From the human T2T-CHM13v2.0 reference genome, Homo sapiens: a stretch of DNA of 64,000 nucleotides. The notes beneath the pieces were generated by a model. It worked only from the letters and a program-made list of their open reading frames with translations. It ran no database searches and had not been told where the DNA came from. Position numbers and translations under genes: made by a program. Where the stretch lies: the NCBI RefSeq assembly GCF_009914755.1, contig NC_060927.1. One strand, given 5' to 3'. This document shows, in pieces, positions 14,680-27,984 of the stretch. The stretch's first letter is position 1. Each line of letters starts with the position of its first letter.

Positions 14680-14915
14680 CAATTGACTAATAATAATTGA
14701 ATGTATTTATGAAGTATAATGTGATATTTTGAGAAAAATTAAATTAAGCTAGTTAATATATCCATCACCTCACCTACTTATCATTTTTTTTTGTGTGTGG
14801 GTGTGGTGAGAACATTTGAAATCTCCTCTTTCAGCAATTTTGAAATATATAATACATTATTATTAACTGCGGTCACCATGCTGCACAACAATTTACTAAA
14901 ACTTCTTCCACCTCT
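14675..14915 (-). mobile_element. L1MA-type 3' end
   Basis: atatccatcacctcac...gtgagaacatttgaaatctcctctttcagcaattttgaaatatataatacatt. Confidence 0.8.
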
Positions 14916-15169
14916 ATCCTGGAATTTCTTAAGACTGATTCAGACTGTAATGTGCCTGGGAATCAACGTATTCCTTAAGGAAAACTCTAAAACCATGACA
15001 TATTTAAGCCTACTGTATGAATTAGAAAAAGCATTCTAAGAGGAAGTATCTCACATATACACTGTCAAATCACAAGAATAGATGTCCATGAAAGCCAGGA
15101 TTCCTGTTAGTATTCATTCACTGTTGGTTCTTTGGTTCCGTCTTCTCCTCACTGGTGGACAATATTGGG

Positions 15170-15400
15170 CGGAGGCAAAGAACACGGCTCTAGAGCTGGA
15201 CTGCCCGGGCTCAATGCTTCGCTGTGTGACCTTGGGCAAGTCACCTAACCTTGCGGTGCCTCAGTCACTGCAGCTATTAAATAGAGATAAAACTAGGTTT
15301 TTCCTTTTGGGATTGTTGTGAGGATAAAGTAAGACAGTTCCTGAAAAGCACACTGCCTGGTTCCCCATGGCTCTCAGGGAACATTAGCTGTCCCAATTCC
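15170..15400 (+). mobile_element. MIR
   Basis: gctgtgtgaccttgggcaagtcacctaacc core. Confidence 0.8.
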
Positions 15401-15867
15401 ATTACTAGCAGCTGGAAGACAACATAACAGGAGCCAAAGGGTGGGTTGTTTGTTTTTTTAACATTTGCAATAAGATTTCAAAATAGAAAATTTGAATTTG
15501 TCAATCTGGGGAAAATACAATCATTTAATTATAGTAATAAAATGTCTCATAATATTACTGAAAAAATCACTGCATTGTCTCTTGCCTAACCACAGTGAGG
15601 TCAGAGGGATATTATTTCTTTTACACAGTGGAGGAACTTAAGATTCAGAGAATTTAAGATGCTGAGAGGCAAGCCACAAACAAAGAATTGAGATTGAAAC
15701 TCAGGTTTGTCTCAGTCCAAGGTTTGTCTCAGATATGCCATGTCTATATCATGACATGTATTTTTAAAGGTAACCAGGGAACCAAAGGGAAGGCCTAGAA
15801 AATACATATAAACCAAGCAGTGCTCGGGTGCCCTCTGAAACACAATCTTACATTTATGCCTTTAGTA

Positions 15868-16138
15868 TAGTGCTGTCCAAGAGCAATATAATGTAAGCAA
15901 CATACAGAATTTTAAATTTTTAGTAGCTGCACTTAAAAATGGTAAAAGATAACAAGTAAAATTAATGTATGTATAATCAACATAAAATTGTCAATGGGCT
16001 ATTTTGCTCTTTCAAAATACTAAGTCTACTAAGTCTTTAAAATCCAGTTTGTATTTTCCACATCTCCATTTAGATTACCCATATTTCAAGTGCTCAAGAG
16101 CCACATGGGACCAGTAGCCACCATACTGGGTAGTACAG
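15868..16138. mobile_element. MER33-like hAT-Charlie element
   Basis: gtgctgtccaa...catatttcaagtgctcaagagccacatg...gtagccaccatactgg. Confidence 0.75.
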
Positions 16139-16859
16139 TGGTCACAGCTCTTTGCAATGACCACTCATGCTAAACAGCACTGAAAGAAATCATTAGTGTC
16201 ATTTGAAAGCAACATCTAAGTTTTCACCTGGCAGACCCAGGATTTAGATACAACCCAAGCCATTTGTGTTTCTTCCCCTCAGCTACAATCTAACATCACA
16301 TTCTTAGTTACAAAGACTTGATACGCTCACTTCTAGTGCAGAACATTCAGCCCTCATTCAGGATACTGTATCCTGCTCAACTCCATGCATACATTCCTTC
16401 TTGAAATCAGTGAAAACTCCACATGTGAAACAGAACTGAAACAGACAAGACAGCCCCGCAGTGCAGGTAAACATGAAGCCAATGGGTGGTTTTTCTCCCC
16501 TTGTGCTTTGGACAATCAAGGAAAACAAGCCCTTATTTGCTAAATAAAAATGGCTTGGCCATGAACTTCTTTGGTAAGGGAGGTAGGGCTCAGTTGGGGT
16601 TCTCACTGATTGCCTGTCTGACAGCAATCTCTCCTGCAGGGAGGACACAGCCCAGAGATGAACACTTAATTGAGAGAGAAATCAGGAGGACTGCTGAACG
16701 ACTGAGTGATCTTTCAGAGCAAAGCATCACAAGGAAAAGGGAACCAGCTCCAGGGGGAGGGGGGGTGAAAGTTTTCAAGAGAAGGTGAGTAACCTGGGGA
16801 TCCCATGATGCATGGCTCTGGGAATGAAGGATGGGTCCTCTTCCTCATTCCTGCTCTCT

Positions 16860-17340
16860 TACCTTCTTCCCTGTATCACTTTCTTTCATCATGCACTCAG
16901 CACCTACTCAGCATCTAGCACTGAACACAGAGAGGTAAATACAACATTGCCAGCCTCAAAGGCCTTAATTCAGCCATTAACTACAACCCAGCAGCATTTG
17001 TGCTTCAATGGAGGGGTGCACCAAACAGGAGGAGAGGGGAAAGCCTTTCCAAAAATGAAAGAATTTAAATGAGCCTGGGAGGGGGGAAAAGAGTGAGCAA
17101 AGAGAAAGGTATTTTGCAGAATGAGGCTAGCATTTGCAAAGGCACAGAGGTGTCAGAAGCCTGGAGAGTTCAGGGTCCTGCCAGAATTTGGGCTTGGAAT
17201 GGTGCAGGGGAAAACAGAGGATAAGCTCTTTTCTAATGGGCAGAGGCCATAGCATGAGTGGTAATTCAACATCATCCAAAGGAACTTGATTTTAGTGCCC
17301 AAAGGCTAGTTGGACATCTAGAATTTTTGAAATGGGCAAA
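16860..17340 (-). mobile_element. L2 fragment
   Basis: cactcagcacctact...agcatttgcaaaggcacagagg pattern. Confidence 0.55.
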
Positions 17341-18376
17341 AAAGAAGACAAAATCTCTATGATTCTGACATGCTTCCATACACAGCAAGGAGTCCAGGAG
17401 ATAAAAGGAAGGAAGGTGGGCCTCCTAGGCTGCTCAGGTCCAGCACACCTGGGCAACCATTGGTCCTGCCTGCCACACTGGGCCAGGCTGGCTAATCAGG
17501 ACTGAAAAGCTGGTGAACAGTGCATGTCCTGACCACGAGGTGACTAAAGAAAAGCCAGTTTCAAGGCCTAGTAAAAAGAAAGACTGCCTGGTTCAGAGGG
17601 TACAGGAAAAGCACAAGAGAGTGGAGGAGCATACACTTCCAATGCAGAGAAGCAAAGCAGATGATGCCACCTCAGGTTAATTAAATCAAGTGGCTTCAGG
17701 TCTGGATCTAACCTTGGCGGCAAACCACCAGGAGAATGTTGATAGGACAACCAAACAGGTATAGATTTTCAAACATGTTTTTGGAGTGTTGGAACACAGA
17801 ACGAAAAGAGACTGCTGAGAAGGTTCAGGAGAGGGAGGGGATGGAGGAGAGAATAACACAGAAAGGACTTCTCAATCTTGAATGCCTCCAAATTTGGAAT
17901 GCCTTTTTAAAAATAGTCTTTTGGATCCAAGAACAAAATCACACCAAAATATTAAAAAGATAAGGCAGTGTGAAAAAGTTTACTCCTGAAATGACTCTTA
18001 AATACAAATTGGAATGTTACCGACATACCTGCCCCACAAAAAGGTGAAAATTAAAGTCAAATCATTAAATCTGAATATGGTTGTAAAGGGGAAGAGTTGT
18101 AGAGATTTATATAACTTTTAGAACACATCCTTTAACCTATTGATTAAATAGGAGAGGAAAGGAATGCCAGTAATATCCAGTGTACTGCCAAATGTCACAC
18201 TGTGAACCCACAGCATTAAGAATGTAAATCTTCTGATACCAGGTTGTTCCTTCACTTCTTTTCTGGCCTTTCATGAAGAAATCTTTGCTAGTTAGAGGCT
18301 AGTGATACAAAGTTGGGCTAAGAGGCTAGTCAAGGTGCCTGTCCTCATGAAGCTTCTATTCTAAAGTGTGGAGGGA

Positions 18377-19072
<696 letters not shown>

Positions 19073-19574
19073 TTAGAAGACACAAGTAGATGATATAATA
19101 AATAGTGCCCAGGGAATGTTACCCACTTACCTGCAGAAAGGGAAAGACAAGTGCAGACAAAGTTAGGAGGCCCCTGAGCTGTCCCTCTGAGGCACTCATC
19201 CTAAGGTATGGATGACAAAGACACTGCCATTTAGGCAGGGGTGAGCAGGGATCATGAAACCAATGAGAGCTCAGTAATCAAAGCATGTTCCCTTTTCACT
19301 GTCTGCTGAATGCTCTGCTCTAAAACTTTTCATATATGGTACAGGCAACAGAGAAAGTCTTCATGTAAATAACATAACAGAAGTAAACTAAAAGGACTCC
19401 AAATTAACATACAGATAAACACAGACTGAAAGGTAAAGTCATTTGACCTCTGGAATTCTCTTTCAGCCCACAGACCAAAAAAAAAAAAAAAAAAAAAGGT
19501 AAATGGTGATCACAAATCCTGATATGTTACGTTGTCAAAGGTTGGCTTGAATGTGGAAATAAACAGTTGAAAAG

Positions 19575-19876
19575 GGCCAAGCAAGGTGGCTCATGCCTGT
19601 AATCCCAGCACTTTGGGGGGCCAAGGTGGGTCATCACTTGAGCCCAGGAGTTCGAGACCAGCCTGGACAACATAGGGAGACCCCTACCTCTACAAACAAT
19701 ACAAAAATGATCTGGGCAAGATGGCGCATGCCTTTGGTCCCAAATACTCTGGAGGCTGAGGTAGGAGAATCCCTGGAGCCCAGGAGGTCGAGGTGCAGTA
19801 AGCCATGATTGCAACACTGCACTTCAGCTTAGGTGACAGGGCGGAACCCTATCTCAAAAAAAAAAAAAAAAAAAAA
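19575..19876 (+). mobile_element. AluJ
   Basis: Diverged dimer; TSD agttgaaaag. Confidence 0.9.
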
Positions 19877-19949
19877 GTTGAAAAGTACTTCAAAATTAAA
19901 AGAAAAACAACGCATGAAAATCAGCAGAAACTGAGAGTAATGTATAAAG

Positions 19950-20425
19950 GACCTGCTTCCTGATTTCACGTTTTTAGAAAACTGTAAAAGATTGGAGAGA
20001 ATCCAGAGAAGGGCAAGTAAAATGATTAAGAGGATGGAAAATGGAGCCTCCGAGGAAAGGTTAAAAGGGTTATGATGGTTTAGCCTGAAAAAGAGAAGGC
20101 TAAGGGGTGACTTAATAACTGCCTTCAAGTATATGACAGGTTATTACAAAGGAGATGCCAACAAGTTATTTTCTATAACAAGAGAGGACAGAGGAAATTG
20201 CCTTAAATTGCAGCAGAAGAAAGAGAGCTAGCAAGTGAATTGAGTAAGATTCAAGAGTAAGTTCCTTGACCGGACCCAGCTTCATCAAGGGAGGCTGGCG
20301 AATTTCTCTTCCTGGAGAGCTTTTTACACAAATAACCCATTCTCTTTGATTATAAATAGCCCTTACTGGGTACAGTGAGGTGGAGTTGAGACCAACTGAC
20401 CTTCAGCAGTCCCTTCTATGATATT
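19950..20425 (+). mobile_element. CR1/L3 LINE 3' end
   Basis: From 19992 reads LERIQRRASKMIKRMENGASEERLKGL*WFSLKKRRLRGDLITAFKYMTG, the characteristic CR1 ORF2 C-terminal region. Confidence 0.85.
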
Positions 20426-21299
20426 TCAACTTTTGGTTCATAAATGCAGGAAGGCTTTACTAATATTCCATTTCCTACCTTACAAGAGGTTTAAAAAAAA
20501 TCAAGATCTAGGAAGATCCACACACAATGGGTTTATCAATGATAATACTTTATAACACAATAAAATGGATGCAACTTTTCCACTGATTTTTTATGACAAT
20601 AAACATAAGCAAAAGAAGAACTAATTAACACAGTTACGCTCATAAGAAAAATTAGCCCAAATGTAAGACAGCCACAGGTCCTGATTCTGCTGAATTACAG
20701 ATTAAGTGTAGAACTGTCATGCACATGTGCTAAATTCAAGCTGAACACAAGGATTCTGTTCACTTCCTTCAAGAAGAGGCATTTACTGCAGAAGGCTCAA
20801 GAACCAATAAAAAAGGTAATTTCGCAGTATCTCCACTGTGTCCCAATCAACCAAAGGGCCGAAGGCAGCTCCATCCTCACCACGCTGTTCTTGCCACCCG
20901 GCTGGTTTTCAATTGACACTGCCGTGTATGTATTTCTTTTTTTTTTCCCCAACTTGGGCCTATTGGGGTTTTGTAAAACACTGCAACTCCACACTAGCCT
21001 GTTGGTCTCTGTTTGGGCTGTGGTCAAAGGTAAAGGATGATTTACACTCCTAGAGATAACTGGTCTCAGCATTGGCTCTAGGTGGAGGTGAGGATTCTAA
21101 ATGCAAGAGAAAATTTAAGGTAAGAGGGAGCTGGTCAGGTACTGGGAAAACTTTGGCCACTGGGTTGTTTATCTGTGGTCCTGAAAAGTGATCCTGAAGA
21201 GCAAATGCTGATAATCTTGTGAAAATCAAGTGATAAACCACTGTTGGCGTTAAGTGAAAACAGATATTTCCACTTGAGTTCCAGAGAATTCTAAAACCC

Positions 21300-21508
21300 T
21301 ACTACCCCAAATGGTAGCAACTAGCCACATGTGGCTATTTAAATTAATTAATTACAATTAAATAAGAATAAAGAAGTCAGTTCCTCAGTTGCACTCACAT
21401 TTCAGGTGCTCCATAGCTACATTGGCTAGTGGTTACCTCATGGGACTGCACAGATAAATCAACAATTCCATGACCAATGCACAGCATTTTATTGGGCATC
21501 TGTTCTAG
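21300..21508. mobile_element. MER3-like hAT-Charlie element
   Basis: actagccacatgtggctatttaaatt...ttcctcagttgcact...catttcaggtgctc. Confidence 0.8.
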
Positions 21509-21914
21509 AATACTGAAGGCTGAGACTTGAAAAATCAGCCAGATAATTAATACAAATGTAGAAACGAAGGCCTCCACAGAGAATGTTACTTGCTCAAATA
21601 GTTAATGATCATCTTTCCCCCAACCTCATACCAATGTAGATTGAACTACAGAAGCCTGAGAGAGGTCAGAAGTCACTGAGTCATGGGGGCCTTAGGAAAG
21701 ACCAAAGACGGGAGTGACTGAACTTAAGGAATTTCCCAGGTACAAAGCATAGAGTATAAACATATTCTAGGAGTAAGATATAGCATAAGCAAAGAGAAGC
21801 ACTAATCGTTTTTGTGGGTTTCTGAGTCACACGTGCCTGACATTTTAGAAGGTCTAAGAAAATGTAGAATAAGAATGGGAGGATAAATTGAGGCTTGCTT
21901 TCCAAGGTTCCCGC

Positions 21915-22390
21915 TTCAGTTCCCTATTCCTTTGTAACAAACTATCCTAAAACGCAGAAGGCTTAAAATAACAATTTGTTTTTTCTCAAAATTCTGGGGA
22001 TTGGCTGGGCTCTGCTAGGCGATTCTTTGGTTGGGGTAATTTATGCAGCTGCATTCAGCTGGTAGCTCATCTGGGCCTCCAAGATGTGGGTACTTCAGTT
22101 CTTCCTGTCTGTCTCTTTCTCTTTCTCATCCTCCCTCCTCTCTCTCCACGTGACCTCTCATCATTCAGCCATTTGGCCCAAGCTTCCTGACACAGCAGTG
22201 GCAAGCATGTTCCTACAGAACAAAGAGAAAGCCACCAGGCTTGGAACTGGCACAGTGTCACTTCCACTGCATTCTACTGCCCAAAGCAAGTGAAAAGCGC
22301 AGCTGCCCAGAGTAAATGTGAGAAGGCACTTAGACTCTACCTCTTGAAGAAAGGAATGGAAAAGAATGTGTGGCCACTTTTAATCCACCT
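21915..22390 (-). mobile_element. MLT1-type LTR (old)
   Basis: tgtaacaaactatcctaaaac...ggcttaaaataacaa...gtcacttccactgcattcta. Confidence 0.7.
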
Positions 22391-24848
22391 GATTCCCTGC
22401 ATGTCAAGCAAGAGAATTTAAGCTCAATTTCCTAAGAAACAGGGAGCAAGACAATGATGCCATCAGAGTTGTGCTTTACAGAGAATAACCAAATTTTGAT
22501 GAGTGGGATGAACAAAAACAGTGGATACAGAGATCTGTTAAGTGGTTATAATTTTAGCATCACTTAACAACACATTCAGATGTCCTTAGAGGGAATGGGG
22601 AAGTCACAAGAACCACTACATAGATAAAAATCAACAGTGATGAGCACCTATAACTGAAGGCACTGGAGAGAAACTGAGCCAACATTCCACATCACAGCAA
22701 CTAAAAGAAGGATGCATTATTCACCCAAAAGGGAAAAGCTCCCTTAGTATAGATAAGTTTCAGTTCTGGACCAATTGAGGAAAAATCCCTACCCGCAGTT
22801 TATGTGCAGAGTCAAAAAGAATAATGATAGCCACAGGCCAATCGAAGTAGACACCAAGCATACAGCCAGATGTACCTTAAGTGCTTTTTAACCTGGTTTC
22901 AATCATCACTTACAATTTTTTAAAATTCTGCTGAACAGGTAGCTCCTCTGAATTAGAAAGTTAAACAGCATTTACCATTAGCAAGCCATTATTTGGAGAG
23001 CTGAAACCATATACTAAATTACAGGGTATAAGAGATGCTTAGCTAACTGAAACCTGGCCAAAATACTAGGACAAATGCAACTAAATACTAGCCCAGAATT
23101 CTGATTAACCACTGCTTCCCACAGCCTTTGTTCATACATCTCTACTGATATAAGCATTGTCCATATGATCCTTTTAGAAGTTTTATTCTGACTGAAGGGG
23201 GAGCCAGTACCATTAAGACATCCAATGTTAAGATGGTTAAGACTTTTTGAATAACTGCCCATTCCAATCCAATATCTATTGGGTTCCTACTATTTGTCAA
23301 GCACCAAGGATATAGCAGAGAACGTCATAAACAAGGTCCCCACCTTATTGGAACTTACATTCAGTGGCAAAAGTCAAACTGATAGAGACAGGAGGCACAG
23401 AAACTTAGACAGGGGCAGGTGTCTGGTGAAGCCCCACCCATTGTTACTTGCCAACATGTGGAAAAAGAACCCAAAAAGCTTCCTTTGGAACATAGTACCC
23501 CTTTATCCACATATGTTAATTAATCAAAGCCCACAGATTAATGAGGTAGGAGACCTTGTCTACTGATAGTCTAGCTACTGGGTACTTGAGTTGAAGGCTG
23601 ATCTCTTCATTTTTATTTTTTACATTTGATAAAATCTTCCCGGTAGCATTTATTATTCCAGTTACGGCTGTCATCATTTTTCCAAGTACCATCATATGTC
23701 TTTCCCCATTAGAAGATGTATCAATGCAACAGAAAGAAACTGAAAAAAGCAAGCTGGTGTTCCATCTAAAATGTGTTTTCTGTAATTATATGCACAAACA
23801 AATACAAACTAGAAAGAAAACGGACTTTGAGTTAGAGAACTTTGACGGTAACTAGGATTGGTTTCAACCAAAACGATGCACGTGAATAACAGTTAAATTA
23901 GTGGATCTGCTTCCCAAATCTTTTTTTCCAGGCACATCCAGGGTATGTCTTTAACAGTCCTGATACTTCAATGAAAAATTGAGGTGCCAATGATTTATAG
24001 GTGAAATTAATGTTAAATACTTCAAAGGAGTGGACAAATAAGTCAGCAGCAAAAATTTTATGAGTTCACTTCCTTCAAGGGAACTTAGAGAGCGGGATTT
24101 TATTGCTGTGAATTCTGGTCACCCTTTCTACCCCTCAGCATCTGTTTGAAATATGTAGTAGACAATTGCTTTTTTGGCTGTGACTCAGGTGGTGGAAACA
24201 CAGGACAAACAGACTACTGTATATAAGCTTTCCTCCAGCACTGAAAAATTTTATTAACTCTCTTGCATAGCAAACGTGGCGGCTGCTCAGTGCCCAATCT
24301 CTGCAGCATTATCAAGGAATTTGGCTAATTATGAATCGTGCTGGCCAAGCAAGAGGTGACCATGTTGAAACTTGTCAACTCGATATTTTCTCACAATTCA
24401 GAACAAGCAGGGAAACAACAACAACAACAAAACCTTATATTCTGTTTAGTTCATCATTCCTATGTGTAAAATTCCAAGTTAAATATTACATGTGAGCTTG
24501 CTACATAAATATGTCAGTCTTGCCACCGAGGCCAGCCAAAACAAACAGTTTCAAGCAGTCCCACAGTTTAGAGCGGTAGAGTTTTCACAGAAGCCATGCA
24601 CTTGCCCCCTTTTAATCAGTTTTTAAATTTTTCTCCCATGACAATAGAAAAGTTAGAAAGTAGTCCACAGAGAGTGTGGAGAAAGGGCTTGCTCTCCTTC
24701 ACAATGGCGACTGTGAGAAGATCAAGGGCTGAATGTCTGCCTGGCAGAACATGAGTCTGTCTGTAAAATTCTGCACAGACGAAAGCTCAATCCCATGCCA
24801 TCAGTCCAATCCCCAAATAAAGAAACAGAGTTGGTTCCAAAGTAATGA

Positions 24849-25246
<398 letters not shown>

Positions 25247-27787
25247 CCGACTGCTCTATTTAAAGTAATGAAAGCACAGTTGGCTCCAAAGGAGAAAACA
25301 CATTGCTAGAAACAGTGAATGGAATTTGAACAGAAACTTCCCAATATTAATTCCCAGAGACTAATACATTTTTATAGAAAGTCTATTCACAAAAGGGGAA
25401 AGATTATTTTCACCAAAATCTTGTAGCTAATCTCTTCACGTGTACACATTTTTTAGAGACCTGTTTTATGTTTTCTTATAATAAATCTATTGACCATTTT
25501 TTCAGTGAATAAAGCTTACTTTCTCCCTTCATTCGGAAACTAAGAAATGTTTTATCATACAACCAACAGCAAACTTTCTTTGAACTTCAAATCCAATGTC
25601 CCCCCTCTTCCTACATTCCAGCGCATTATACTTGAAATTATTTGCCTCCAAAGTTATAAAGAAAAAAGAGAGTAGTTAAGATGACCAGAGTTACAACTGT
25701 TATTTTCTTCCTTAAACCAATTTACATAGCCCTTAAACAAATTTACATAGCCTTTTTCCTAGCTATCCCAAAATGTAGATTCTTCAAGGAATATTTCAGG
25801 CATTTAAACGGAAAGTGAACTCCCATGAATTTTGGCAAAAATAATGGAAACAAGGACTGAAACAAAAATATCCAATAAAACACTTTCTCTTTCCTGAAAG
25901 GGATGGAAAGGAAATAAAACACACCCTGAAAAGAAGATGATTTTATAAAACGTTACTAGGAATAGCTTTTACCAAATTGAAAGCTATTTTTTTGTAAAAA
26001 AAAAAAAAAAAAAAAATCAAAACCTGTTTCCCAGAATGACTTCTCTAAAATCATCAGCAGCTCACGAATGTTTTTGTGTTTAATGAACGTTTACCTCATT
26101 TAAGCTTTCTTTATATTCAAAAAATTAAGGAGACCAATTCTGCCAAAAGGCATTTTTAATCATTTCGAATAAAAAACAAGTCAGTCACAAAGGACTAACC
26201 AGACATTTCAAAAGTGGTAATAATTTTTTCTTAGGTGTGAGAGCTGGTTTCGCTATATAAAAATTTCTATTGAAATGTTTGTTTTAACTAATGTATACCT
26301 TCCTTCCATGGGAGAAATTTCTTCGAAGACAGAAGTTTCTTGTCTTAATGGCTGGTTCTAAACCCCACCTTGCCTTGCCTTAAATTTGCCATGTGGTCCA
26401 TGGAGGCAAACTAGGAGGGGGACAGGTGTCGATTTAAGCCAAACAAAACAAAAAAAGAAAAAATATGGCCAGAATGGTCTAGACATCACCCACCCAGAGG
26501 CATCCGAGACAACCAGAATGCCACATGGCATGCCACGAACCACTTGGAGGTCTGTGCAAAATTCATAGGTGAGGCAGGCAACAGGCTCCATCAGCCACCA
26601 GTCCAGGTTGTAGAATGAGAAGCAACGTGATCATCAAGTAACTGTGTTGCTGGTGGTAACAGAAGCACCACGTTTGAGCAACTGAACTCAATCTTTCACT
26701 TTGTATGAAGACAGAAGGCTAAACATTCTCACTGGATTGCTTGACATTAAGAAAACAAGTTCCCCAAAAGAATGACTCCAGGTTAAAACATTAGCCAAAT
26801 TCTGGTGACCAATAATATCTTGGGAAGTAACAATCACTCTGAGAAACACTTAAGAAGACAGCCCAATACTTAGCGCCTCCTTGGCCCACTTGCCATTTTC
26901 TGTGTAGTATGTGCAGGGAGTCTTCCAGGAAAATGGGGGCACAGACACAGGAAGAAAAGGCAGCCCTTGCCTTCAAGGAGCTTACAGTCTTATGAGAGGA
27001 AAAGACAAGTACATGAGAGGAACACAAGCAAGTGGGGGGTGACAAGAGCCGCTAGCGTGACCATCACAGAGCCATGAATCATTAATGACACCTGGAGACC
27101 TGTTACGGCCCCCATCTTCCAAAGATTCACGCAGTTCCATTCTTTAAACTTTTCTTGAACTTTCTGTGTAATTAAACACCAAATTTGGCAACCCATGCTA
27201 ATTTTGAAAGGCACTCCCTGGGAATTTAGTAAAAAGTTTAAACAACTTGTTTACATGTGTTTGGCCCATCTGTTTAAACTTCTTGTTTATTTTAATAGGA
27301 GCAACTCTTGGGTGCAAGCTCCTTTTGTGCTTGAGACCACTACTGGCCTCTTCTCCAGCTCTGTTTCCCTAATCTGCATTCTAAATCTCTTCTGTAAACA
27401 AAACTTGAATAACAACTTTTTATGATAAATGCTGAACACCTCCAAGATGACTGCTGCAAAATAAACTACTTTTACAACCAGAAAGCATTCTAAACACACA
27501 GAAAATACTTTTTTAATGCTGTCCTTTTCTTAAAAAAACAAAAAGCAAAAACAAAAACACACACAAAGAATTTTATTTTCTGTGTGTGTGTGTCTACATA
27601 TATATGTTCTTGACGATCCTTCTGAATTGTGTGCATTCCCATCATGCTCCAGTGTTTTTCCAGCCCCGTAATGCCCTCACTTTTGATTGTGGAGATGATG
27701 TTGAAGTGCACAGGGTATTTACTGATCCGGTTATCTTGTTCTGTGACAGGCAGAATCAATCAATCAAGAGGCCAGCTTTGCACTTAC

Positions 27788-27802
27788 ATATTCCAGGCAC
27801 AT
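27788..27802 (-). CDS. FOXP1: Candidate alternative FOXP1 first-exon micro-CDS MCLEY (exon ~27955-27788)
   Basis: First ATG after the TATA box (gagATG, purine at -3), 15 nt, then GTAAGT donor at 27787-27782; phase 0 like the canonical exon. Joining to the next exon is inference. Confidence 0.5.
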
Positions 27803-27974
27803 CTCCGCACTTCAGGATACGAGATCACAGTGTTATCCAGCCAAATTTGATCAACAAATGCAGTTCCCCTGTGCCACAGCAATCTCAGATGAAGATGTTA
27901 TTATGTGGAACTGAGCAAAGTGATAAAGACAGTACAGCAGAGCCTGGAGAAGCCCGGCTGGACCGCACTGACAG

Positions 27975-27984
27975 CTTTTATATA
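27975..27984 (-). promoter_or_regulatory. Consensus TATA box (TATATAAAAG), candidate internal promoter
   Basis: Plus strand cttttatata, with GC/CpG-containing flanks (minus caccgccttcg upstream, ctgtcagtgcggtcc downstream). Confidence 0.6.
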
